A stretch of DNA of 32,686 nt from Promethearchaeota archaeon (GTDB lineage Archaea > Asgardarchaeota > Hermodarchaeia > Hermodarchaeales > Hermodarchaeaceae): the NCBI GenBank assembly GCA_048939245.1, contig JBHLPR010000025.1, positions 1-32,686 of the forward strand, read 5' to 3'. Each line of letters starts with the position of its first letter. Position 1 is the first letter of the stretch. Made by a program: the position numbers and the translations under genes. The notes under the pieces are model-generated. The model had not been told where the DNA came from and did no database searches. It was given only the letters and a program-made list of their open reading frames with translations. Positions 17,158 through 24,565 of the stretch are shown piece by piece.

Positions 17158-18030
17158 TCAGTCATGGGTGTCGAGCTGCTGCTCAACTTTTTTCCAAATA
17201 TTTTCCAACGTCTTGGATAAGCGATTAGTTGGAGCATATTCGACAATGGGCTGACCAGCGACGACCGCTTTGTACATGATGGTATCATAGACCAATTCCC
17301 CTACTATGGGTATTCCCTTTTGCTCGCAATACTCTTTTATTTCACCAGTTTTTTGCAGATTCAAATCGGCTTTATTAATGAGAACAGTGACAGGAATGCC
17401 GAAGTGCTGGAATAGTTCAAGAATGCGTTCTAAGTCATGAATAGCTGCTACGGTTGGTTCGGTGACAACTAGACCGGCTGAAGCTCCGGTAATCGCAGAT
17501 ATCGCTGCACAGGCTATTCCTGGGGGACCATCAATTATGATAAGATCTTTCTCATTTTGGGTTGCTAATTTTAATGCGAGTTCTCGAACATGAGTAACGA
17601 GCTTTCCAGAATTACTTTCGCCCGCAAGCAAAAGGGCATGAGCCATTGGACCATACTTGGTTTCGGAAGTATAGATGTAACCTGAAAGGCGGTCTTTCAT
17701 TTCTATTGCGTTTTTTGGGCAACTAATGTAACAGACTCCGCATCCTTCACACATGATTGGGTCAACTTGAAATTCCGGGGTAATTGCATCAAATTTGCAC
17801 GCAGCTTCACAGATACCACAACTAGTGCATAAGTCTGGATCAATTACAGCGACTTTTGTCTCGATAAATTCCTCCGAAGATTTGATCTCAGGGGCCAGGA
17901 GTAAATGTAGATTAGGTGCATCAACATCACAATCAGCTAAGATAGGATTTGGAGCTAAAGTTGCTAATGCGGCTGCAATAGATGTCTTTCCGGTTCCACC
18001 CTTTCCACTCACAATCACCAGTTCTTTCAT
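17158..18030 (-). CDS. MinD-superfamily P-loop ATPase with inserted ferredoxin domain (COG1149)
   Basis: SGKGGTGKTS, DCDVDAPNLHL, CTSCGICEAAC, CEGCGVCYISCP, NSGKLV, DGPPG, VTEPT; ATG overlaps upstream stop (TAATG). Confidence 0.95.
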   Translation of the reverse strand: MKELVIVSGKGGTGKTSIAAALATLAPNPILADCDVDAPNLHLLLAPEIKSSEEFIETKVAVIDPDLCTSCGICEAACKFDAITPEFQVDPIMCEGCGVCYISCPKNAIEMKDRLSGYIYTSETKYGPMAHALLLAGESNSGKLVTHVRELALKLATQNEKDLIIIDGPPGIACAAISAITGASAGLVVTEPTVAAIHDLERILELFQHFGIPVTVLINKADLNLQKTGEIKEYCEQKGIPIVGELVYDTIMYKAVVAGQPIVEYAPTNRLSKTLENIWKKVEQQLDTHD

Positions 18031-18875
18031 TAGCTCTTCGCCTCCTGAATTGCTTTGAAAACAGCTTCCAGTTTTGGTTGCCATTCTGTTAATTTGGTGA
18101 CGAAGGGGATGCCTTCAGCGAATAATTCGGCAATTTGACGACTATGTGGAATTTCTAATATGATAGGAAGCTGTTCGCTAGAACAATATGAGTATACCTG
18201 CCGATCTCCGATACCCGCACGATTAATTACGACACCGATTGGAATGTCAAGTTGGCGAATCGTGTCAACCGCAAGCTGCAAATCATGTAAGCCAAAGGGT
18301 GTTGGCTCGGTAACTAAGATGGCATAATCGGATCCATGAACTGATTCAACCATTGGGCAAGATACTCCTGGAGGCGAATCGATAATCACGGTTGTTCCAT
18401 TGGTTGTGCTTGCTTGTTCTTTGACTGCTTTGATTACTGGCACGACAAGGGGTTCACCTACATCGAGGTTCCCATAGACAACTTGCATCCCTTCTTTTGT
18501 TACTCCGCGATGGATTGCACCTAGCTTGCGTCTTCCTTCCTTGATCGCCTGGTTTGGACAAACTAAAATGCAACCTCCACAACCGATGCAGAGCTCAGGA
18601 AAAAAACTAACCCCGTTTTTACCAACAAAGATGGCGTGATTAGGGCAGAATTCTACACACTCTTTAGATTGAGTACATTTCTCTTGGTTGAACTCGGGAA
18701 CGAGCGCATACACAGGCTCAACTTCTTCTTCATTAAGGGGGAGAAGGGTATGCACGTTCGGTTCATCTGCATCACAGTCCAATACTTGAATCGGTCCAGA
18801 TAATGAAAGAGCAAAATTCACAGCAAACGAGGTCTTACCTGTCCCTCCCTTACCACTCGCAACGGCAATTTTCAA
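18030..18875 (-). CDS. MinD-superfamily P-loop ATPase with inserted ferredoxin domain (COG1149), second paralogue
   Basis: ASGKGGTGKT, DCDADEPN, CIGCGGCILVCP, DSPPGVSCP, VTEPTPFGLHDL; TTG start. Confidence 0.95.
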   Translation of the reverse strand: MKIAVASGKGGTGKTSFAVNFALSLSGPIQVLDCDADEPNVHTLLPLNEEEVEPVYALVPEFNQEKCTQSKECVEFCPNHAIFVGKNGVSFFPELCIGCGGCILVCPNQAIKEGRRKLGAIHRGVTKEGMQVVYGNLDVGEPLVVPVIKAVKEQASTTNGTTVIIDSPPGVSCPMVESVHGSDYAILVTEPTPFGLHDLQLAVDTIRQLDIPIGVVINRAGIGDRQVYSYCSSEQLPIILEIPHSRQIAELFAEGIPFVTKLTEWQPKLEAVFKAIQEAKS

Positions 18876-18915
18876 ACTAACTACACCTTATTCCTCATGC
18901 CATCGATTTATCTGT

Positions 18916-19293
18916 TCATCTATGCCGTGCTTCACGGCATCCGTCTGTTAATTCCTTCAATTCGCTGTTCTTAAATGCGGTAAGAACTTCCCCCAGAGTA
19001 TTTGCTGTGGCTTGCATTACTGCAACGCCTTCTGATTGAAATCGTCGAAGGGCCCGAGGACCCATCCCAACGGTTATCACCGTATTCGGTGCAAAACTTA
19101 GGAGAATATCTGGCGGGCGTTCGCCTCCTCCTCCGAAATGTCCACTTCGATTAGGAGCAAATTCTATTCTCCCTATTTCGTTGTTTTCGGAGAATTCAAT
19201 GATGGCAAAGAATGGAGCTCTGCCAAAATGTGGGGACAGTTCGCTTGCTTCACCTGCTTCATTCAACACAGGAACAATAACACGTTCAACCAT
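18916..19293 (-). CDS. NifB/NifX (IssA/MTH1175) family metal-cluster-binding protein
   Basis: SPHFGRAPFF, GMGPRA, C-terminal CREARH. Confidence 0.92.
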   Translation of the reverse strand: MVERVIVPVLNEAGEASELSPHFGRAPFFAIIEFSENNEIGRIEFAPNRSGHFGGGGERPPDILLSFAPNTVITVGMGPRALRRFQSEGVAVMQATANTLGEVLTAFKNSELKELTDGCREARHR

Positions 19294-19325
19294 ATTATTC
19301 AACTCCTAACTATAGGTTGGAACCC

Positions 19326-19754
19326 TTACCAACGGCCACGACCCCCACCGCGTCCACCACCACGTCCTCCGCCGCGTCCCATTCCCATCCCCGTATGAGC
19401 GGGTGTGGTTGATGAAGCGGTTTTGGTGAGTTGATTGTTCTTAAATTGGTTAATGGCATCATGGACGCTTCCCGAAATTCCGGTGTAAATTTCTACACCG
19501 CCGGCGTTGAGGGCATGATAGGCATTGGGTCCTAAATTACCAGTCAAGACAACCTTTGCTTGATGATCCACAACAAATTGGGCAGCCTGAATTCCGGCTC
19601 CTCCACCTGTCATCGCTCCGGGGTTAGGCGTTGATTCAAATTCCATGGTGTTTGAATCAACAAAAATGAAGTTCGCACATCGCCCGAATCGGGGGTCAAC
19701 TGGTGCATCAAGCGTTGGACCTTGAGCGGTTACACAAATTTTCGTCTCATTCAT
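19326..19754 (-). CDS. NifB/NifX family protein (Orange-protein-like) with Gly/Arg tail
   Basis: VDPRFGRCANF, GGAGIQAAQ, TGNLGPNA, tail HTGMGMGRGGGRGGGRGGGRGRW. Confidence 0.93.
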   Translation of the reverse strand: MNETKICVTAQGPTLDAPVDPRFGRCANFIFVDSNTMEFESTPNPGAMTGGGAGIQAAQFVVDHQAKVVLTGNLGPNAYHALNAGGVEIYTGISGSVHDAINQFKNNQLTKTASSTTPAHTGMGMGRGGGRGGGRGGGRGRW

Positions 19755-20184
19755 CTCCTGTTTTGTCAACTTCTGACTGTGCTAACCGGCGCAGATAGTG
19801 GCTGTTACATTTTGGGCAGCTAGTTGGTCGTCCTGTACCAAAGGGTTCTGTCCATTGGTGTTGACATGTAAAGCATCGAAACCATCGTAGTTCTGGTAAT
19901 TCAATAGGGCCTCCTTCAATTCGAAGAGCCTTGCCGTGTACTAGGGCATCGGCAATTTTATTATGAGCAGACTTTAGAATCCGGTGCAGTGTGGGTTGTG
20001 ACACCTTCAGCTGTTGGGCTGCTTGGTTTTGAGTAAGTCCCATGTAATCTTTGACGCGAAGGGCTTCAAACTCATCGACATTTAAGACAACTTCGTCAAT
20101 GGTGCCGATGGGTATGCCTCTCGGCTTGTAGTAGCTTACGTTGGGTTCGGCGCGGACAAATCTGCGCTTGTATGGTCTTGGCAC
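19747..20184 (-). CDS. DUF134 family HTH protein with C-terminal zinc ribbon
   Basis: MPRPYKRR, YYKPRG, DEFEALR, VSQPTLHRIL, ADALVHGKALRIEGG, CFTC...CPKC; GTG start. Confidence 0.93.
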   Translation of the reverse strand: MPRPYKRRFVRAEPNVSYYKPRGIPIGTIDEVVLNVDEFEALRVKDYMGLTQNQAAQQLKVSQPTLHRILKSAHNKIADALVHGKALRIEGGPIELPELRWFRCFTCQHQWTEPFGTGRPTSCPKCNSHYLRRLAQSEVDKTGDE

Positions 20185-20188
20185 GTTT

Positions 20189-20202
20189 TGAATATATATT
20201 CA
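20189..20202. promoter_or_regulatory. perfect 14-bp palindrome between TATA box and start of the DUF134 operon
   Basis: TGAATATATATTCA, 4 nt upstream of GTG; minus-strand TTTTTATATA at about 20207-20217. Confidence 0.7.
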
Positions 20203-20305
20203 TAACTATATAAAAAACTACCTCATATTCCAGCACCAGCACAACATAAGAAGTCAAAACACGCAATAATTAGCTTACCCCTTTACAAGTTGAATGTGTG
20301 ATACT

Positions 20306-22075
20306 ATGAAAATCTCTGGTGGAGAAATACTCGCCCAATGTTTAGCCAACGAAGAGGTACAATATATCTTTGGCATTATCGGTGACCAATGGAATTCCTT
20401 CTTTGATGTTCTCGCTCGAAAGGGTGAACAATTGGGCATCGAATTCGTAACCACACGGCATGAAGCTGCAGCTGCTCATATGGCTGATGCCTATGCCAGA
20501 ACTACCAGAAAACCTGGAATTTGCCTAGGAACCGTGGGACCTGGAGCTGCAAATCTTGTGGGTGGAGTGTATGCAGCTCATGCGGATAGTGTACCCCTTA
20601 TTGTGCTTACAGCACAGAATCAGCGATGGCGGATCTATCCAGATACGGGAATGACACAAGGGCTTGATCAGATTCAACTTTTCAAACCCCTTGTCAAGTG
20701 GAACGCTGTAGTATGGACCATTGATCGTATTCCGGAGCTAGTTCGACAGGCTTTTCGAGTAGCTTTAGCTGGTCGACCAGGACCTGTACATCTTGATTTT
20801 CCCTCCGACATCCTCTATGGGACAGTCGACTCACCACCCCTCTTGGTCTCTCCCCATAAATACCGAGTCACTAATCAGCCCACTTCGTATCCAACGCTAA
20901 TAGGACAAGCAGCACAACTACTGCTGGAAGCGGAGTTTCCTCTTATTCATGCTGGCACAGGTGTCTTATGGGCTAATGCCTCAGAAGAACTAGTCGCGTT
21001 AGCCGAACATCTTTCTGCTGGGGTAACCATGAGCCCGGCTGCTCGCGGTGCGATTCCCGCAGATCATCCATTGGCAATCGAGCCCGGTCTTCAATGTGGC
21101 GCTTATGCACAAAACCGTGCAGATCTCGTTCTTCTTGCTGGAGGTCGTCTGGGGGATTTAGATTTCTGGGGTAAACCTCCTGGTTGGAAGCCACCTGAGA
21201 AACAGAAACTCATTCAAATAGATATCGAGAGTGAAATGATTGGCGTTAATCGGGAAGTCGATTTAGCCCTTGTTGGAGATGCAAAAAGCACCCTCCAATT
21301 TCTCCTTTCGGAAGTAAAACGCCGGAGTGAACCAAAGATACCTTCGTCCATTCTTGAGCAATGCCAAACCTCCCGCAACGCATTCTATCAATCCCAACTG
21401 AAGATTGCGTCCGAGGACACTGAGCCGATTCATCCTCTTCGCCTTGTCAAGGAGGTACGAGATTTCTTTGACCGAACTGCAATCAGCTGCATCGATGGAG
21501 GGAACATCAATCTTTGGGCACTTCATCTGAATCGGATTTACGAACCTCGAACATACCTCTATGCCTGTGATTCGGGACATCTTGGAGTAGGATTGCCCTA
21601 CGCCATAGGAGCGAAAATTACACATCCTGATCGGCAAGTGTATCTAATCAGCGGGGATGGTTCCTTTATGTTCAATATACAAGAATTGGAAACGGCGGTT
21701 AGACATAATGCCCCGATGATAGCTATCGTTGCTAATGATCGCCGCTTTGGGATGATTGCAGGGGTTCAGCATCTCCTATTTGAAAACAGATATTATCAGG
21801 TCGACTTCACCGATGTGCGATACGACAAAGTGGCACAGGCGATGGGTTGCTATGGCGAACGTGTCACCAAGACAAAAGAAATTCGCCCAGCTCTTAAACG
21901 GGCTGTGAAATCCAAGTTACCGGCAGTTATTGATGTAATCATTGACAGGGATGCGAACCTAAATCCTCCCGAACTTGCATTAGTTGGATCAGTGTGGTTG
22001 GAAGGGTGTAGTCCACCCCCAGTCGAGGAAGAGAAAAAGGAGAAAAAAACGGTATCGGAAGTTGTGGCCAGTTAA
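20306..22075 (+). CDS. thiamine-pyrophosphate-dependent enzyme (acetolactate synthase / 2-hydroxyacyl-CoA lyase superfamily)
   Basis: TRHEAAAAHMADAYAR, GPGAAN, RPGPVHLD, GHLGVGLPYAIGA, SGDGSF...ND TPP motif. Confidence 0.92.
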   Translation: MKISGGEILAQCLANEEVQYIFGIIGDQWNSFFDVLARKGEQLGIEFVTTRHEAAAAHMADAYARTTRKPGICLGTVGPGAANLVGGVYAAHADSVPLIVLTAQNQRWRIYPDTGMTQGLDQIQLFKPLVKWNAVVWTIDRIPELVRQAFRVALAGRPGPVHLDFPSDILYGTVDSPPLLVSPHKYRVTNQPTSYPTLIGQAAQLLLEAEFPLIHAGTGVLWANASEELVALAEHLSAGVTMSPAARGAIPADHPLAIEPGLQCGAYAQNRADLVLLAGGRLGDLDFWGKPPGWKPPEKQKLIQIDIESEMIGVNREVDLALVGDAKSTLQFLLSEVKRRSEPKIPSSILEQCQTSRNAFYQSQLKIASEDTEPIHPLRLVKEVRDFFDRTAISCIDGGNINLWALHLNRIYEPRTYLYACDSGHLGVGLPYAIGAKITHPDRQVYLISGDGSFMFNIQELETAVRHNAPMIAIVANDRRFGMIAGVQHLLFENRYYQVDFTDVRYDKVAQAMGCYGERVTKTKEIRPALKRAVKSKLPAVIDVIIDRDANLNPPELALVGSVWLEGCSPPPVEEEKKEKKTVSEVVAS

Positions 22076-22183
22076 TTAACTAAAGGCTGAAAAATTAACG
22101 GCTTCATAATTCCATTTTCATTTCTAAGCATCTCTTCATTAATCATACTTTGGTATTCCGAATGATTACATAGTGTTGCTTCG

Positions 22184-22654
22184 CTACTCAATTTGTATGT
22201 GTCTAGGTTGCTTCTTTTTTTGAATCCGAAGCTCCAGAAGTCCATCACTAAATGTGGCTTGGATATTCTCTGCATCAGCATCACGTGGTAAGGAAACTCC
22301 CTTTGAGAAGCTTTGGAATCGGATTTCCCGTTGAGCAGTTCCCCAACGCTTGTAGTGAACCTCTTGCCGCATTTTTGCCTGGACACTCAGATGGTCATCC
22401 AAAACAGTGATTTCAATATCTTCTTTGTTCACCATAGGTAAATCGAGGGTAACAATATATTCCGATTCGGTCTCTTGGACATCTCCAAGTGCCTTAAGAC
22501 AACAGGTTTCGACGTCCCACAGCGATTGAATGCGAGACCGAAAACTAACTGGTGGTCCAAAGAGTTCTTCGAAACGACGGTGGAGCGCCTTCACAGAATC
22601 ATCTAGGCGTTGAATCTCATCTTTGTCCTTTTTTGACCGTTTTATTTCAGGCAT
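22184..22654 (-). CDS. small heat shock protein Hsp20/alpha-crystallin
   Basis: DLPMVNKEDI, ATFSDGLLELRI, terminal IQIE (IXI); SD GGAGGA upstream of ATG 22654. Confidence 0.92.
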   Translation of the reverse strand: MPEIKRSKKDKDEIQRLDDSVKALHRRFEELFGPPVSFRSRIQSLWDVETCCLKALGDVQETESEYIVTLDLPMVNKEDIEITVLDDHLSVQAKMRQEVHYKRWGTAQREIRFQSFSKGVSLPRDADAENIQATFSDGLLELRIQKKKQPRHIQIE

Positions 22655-22667
22655 TCTCACTTCCTCC

Positions 22668-23450
22668 TCACGAATAGAAGGCAGGAATTTGAAACTCCTG
22701 CTCTTTACCACTGGTTTGCATCGTGTTGCTTGTTTGGTTCATCAAATCCCGGACTCGAACACGGACCTCCTCCGCTCCTTCGATGAGTGCTTTCGTAGGA
22801 ATGGGAACATCAGTGAGTGTGGACAATGTCTTAATTGCCTCCGCTGCCGCACCAGGATCAGGGAAATTAAGGAAAGATTGTGCCATCACATAGGTGACTG
22901 GTATCTTTTGACGCTGAGCTTCCAAGAGAATAATCGCATAAGCGCCTGCTACAATACCCTCATCCAGGAACTTAACCTTCTTGTCCATAATTCTATCATA
23001 CTCGGACTCCACCGTAGCAACCGCGTACACTTCGGGAACTTCAATCTGTGATCGCATAGCAGGGGGTAAAGCGGTTCCTCCCAGAGCGGTTATGGATTTG
23101 GGTTCCAGTTCCTGGAGATACCGTAAAATTGCCGTCGAGACAGGGCGCATTGCCTCTGCAGGCAGAGGAATCTCAGAGACGATTAATAAGAAATCATCAT
23201 TTGCATACAATTGGATAGGTGGACGGGCTTTCCGATTATGAATTACAGCAATCGGAGGCATAACCTCCGTATCAATATAACCGGCCAGCCGCATATTTAG
23301 AGCCTGCACTAAATGCATCCCTGCTATTGTTCCGACCAGTCCCGCGTCTGGTAAAGCGATAATGGCATGTTTCTTACCTTTTGGTTGCTCAACTAATTCC
23401 ACAATCTCGAAAAGTGTCTCTTGCACTACCATGATATCTTCGTCCTCCAT
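22668..23450 (-). CDS. PAC2 family proteasome assembly chaperone (PbaA/PbaB-like)
   Basis: LPDAGLVGTIA, ITALGG, FPDPGAAA; C-terminal FYS (HbYX). Confidence 0.92.
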   Translation of the reverse strand: MEDEDIMVVQETLFEIVELVEQPKGKKHAIIALPDAGLVGTIAGMHLVQALNMRLAGYIDTEVMPPIAVIHNRKARPPIQLYANDDFLLIVSEIPLPAEAMRPVSTAILRYLQELEPKSITALGGTALPPAMRSQIEVPEVYAVATVESEYDRIMDKKVKFLDEGIVAGAYAIILLEAQRQKIPVTYVMAQSFLNFPDPGAAAEAIKTLSTLTDVPIPTKALIEGAEEVRVRVRDLMNQTSNTMQTSGKEQEFQIPAFYS

Positions 23451-23513
23451 AGTCTCATCAGAATAAATAGGAACGTAAAAAAAGTTATGGGCGCCAATGA
23501 ATTTGAAATACTG

Positions 23514-23792
23514 ATGTCAAATCAAGGACACTTCATTGGAGAACGAATCATCGTTGAAGTAAAAGATCTCGAAAAACCTGTTAGTTTTACATGGCGAAAA
23601 AAACATTACAAAATCCTTGAAATCGAAGCCAGCAATCGTCGACTCGATCTCCGAAGTACCTGGTACCGACGGAAACATCGAGACTATTTCATTGTACAGG
23701 TTGAAGATGGAAGACGCTTTGAACTTTATCGGCATCGGGTTCCCGGAAAACCCTACTGGGTGCTAACCCGCGAACTCTCCCCGAATGGCTAA
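23514..23792 (+). CDS. small basic hypothetical protein (DUF6504-like)
   Basis: PVSFTWR...WYRRKHRDYFIVQVEDGRRFELYR...WVL pattern. Confidence 0.65.
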   Translation: MSNQGHFIGERIIVEVKDLEKPVSFTWRKKHYKILEIEASNRRLDLRSTWYRRKHRDYFIVQVEDGRRFELYRHRVPGKPYWVLTRELSPNG

Positions 23793-23804
23793 CAACTTCA
23801 CAAT

Positions 23805-24476
23805 CTATCCACGGCTCTCTGGTAACCGAAACACGAGAACCTCATGTGTCGGTGTCCACGACAACGTTTCCAAATAGGTAAAACCCAGTGGTTCTAATTG
23901 CGAGTGAACCCCCTCTATTTTCCGGATAGGCGCATATCGAAGCGGTTGAACAGTGAAGCGGAAGGCCAACCGGCCCCCTGGTTGAAGAACTCGCCGGATT
24001 TCTCGGAAAAGTAGTTCAGGTGCTCTCAAACCATTCAATAATCCAGTAACCACTGTTACTAAACTAAATGTATTTTCCGAGAATGGCAAAGTGTTTTGCA
24101 CATCTCGGCACAGGAACTGAGTCCTAGATTCTGTGCCTTCAAGACGTGTCTGTCGTTGTGCTTCATGTATCATCTCTTCTGACCAGTCGATTCCTACAAC
24201 ATGTCCCCTGAAACCTCGCTGTCGTGCCACAAGGCGTGGTAGATGACCTGTTTGCGTTCCCAAATCTAGGAGTTCTTCAGTGGGACGAATATCCAGTCGC
24301 TTGATTAGATGTTCCCATAACTTCCAGTCATCCCGAACTTCGAATGATACTGATCGGCGGTCATATCCCCATCGAATTAGCCCTTTCCCGAAATACCGTC
24401 CTTCCGTGGCAATGATGAATATAAGAACTGCTAGAAGTATCCCAATGATTGCTAATACGGCGAATAGAATCCACAT
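23805..24476 (-). CDS. class I SAM-dependent methyltransferase with N-terminal membrane anchor
   Basis: LLDLGTQTG, GIDWSEEMI, LPFSENTFS, EIRRVLQPGG; hydrophobic N-terminal helix. Confidence 0.9.
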   Translation of the reverse strand: MWILFAVLAIIGILLAVLIFIIATEGRYFGKGLIRWGYDRRSVSFEVRDDWKLWEHLIKRLDIRPTEELLDLGTQTGHLPRLVARQRGFRGHVVGIDWSEEMIHEAQRQTRLEGTESRTQFLCRDVQNTLPFSENTFSLVTVVTGLLNGLRAPELLFREIRRVLQPGGRLAFRFTVQPLRYAPIRKIEGVHSQLEPLGFTYLETLSWTPTHEVLVFRLPESRG

Positions 24477-24565
24477 TGCGTCCGAAAAGTAATGAGTTGC
24501 ACGAAACTTAACTGCTTTTAGGAAGAAGCGCCCATAATATGAGAATTCGCTAGGACGGATTTACC

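Noticed and set aside
18916-19754. Nitrogen fixation
   Set aside because: NifB/NifX-like domains are widespread in non-diazotrophs, and no nifHDK is present in the window.
12443-23513. Longest-ORF N-terminal extensions for ssb, the Zfx-like ferredoxin, the COG1149 ATPase, hsp20 and the DUF6504-like gene
   Set aside because: Extensions overlap neighbours or promoters and precede the family-typical N-termini or SD sites; downstream ATGs were chosen.
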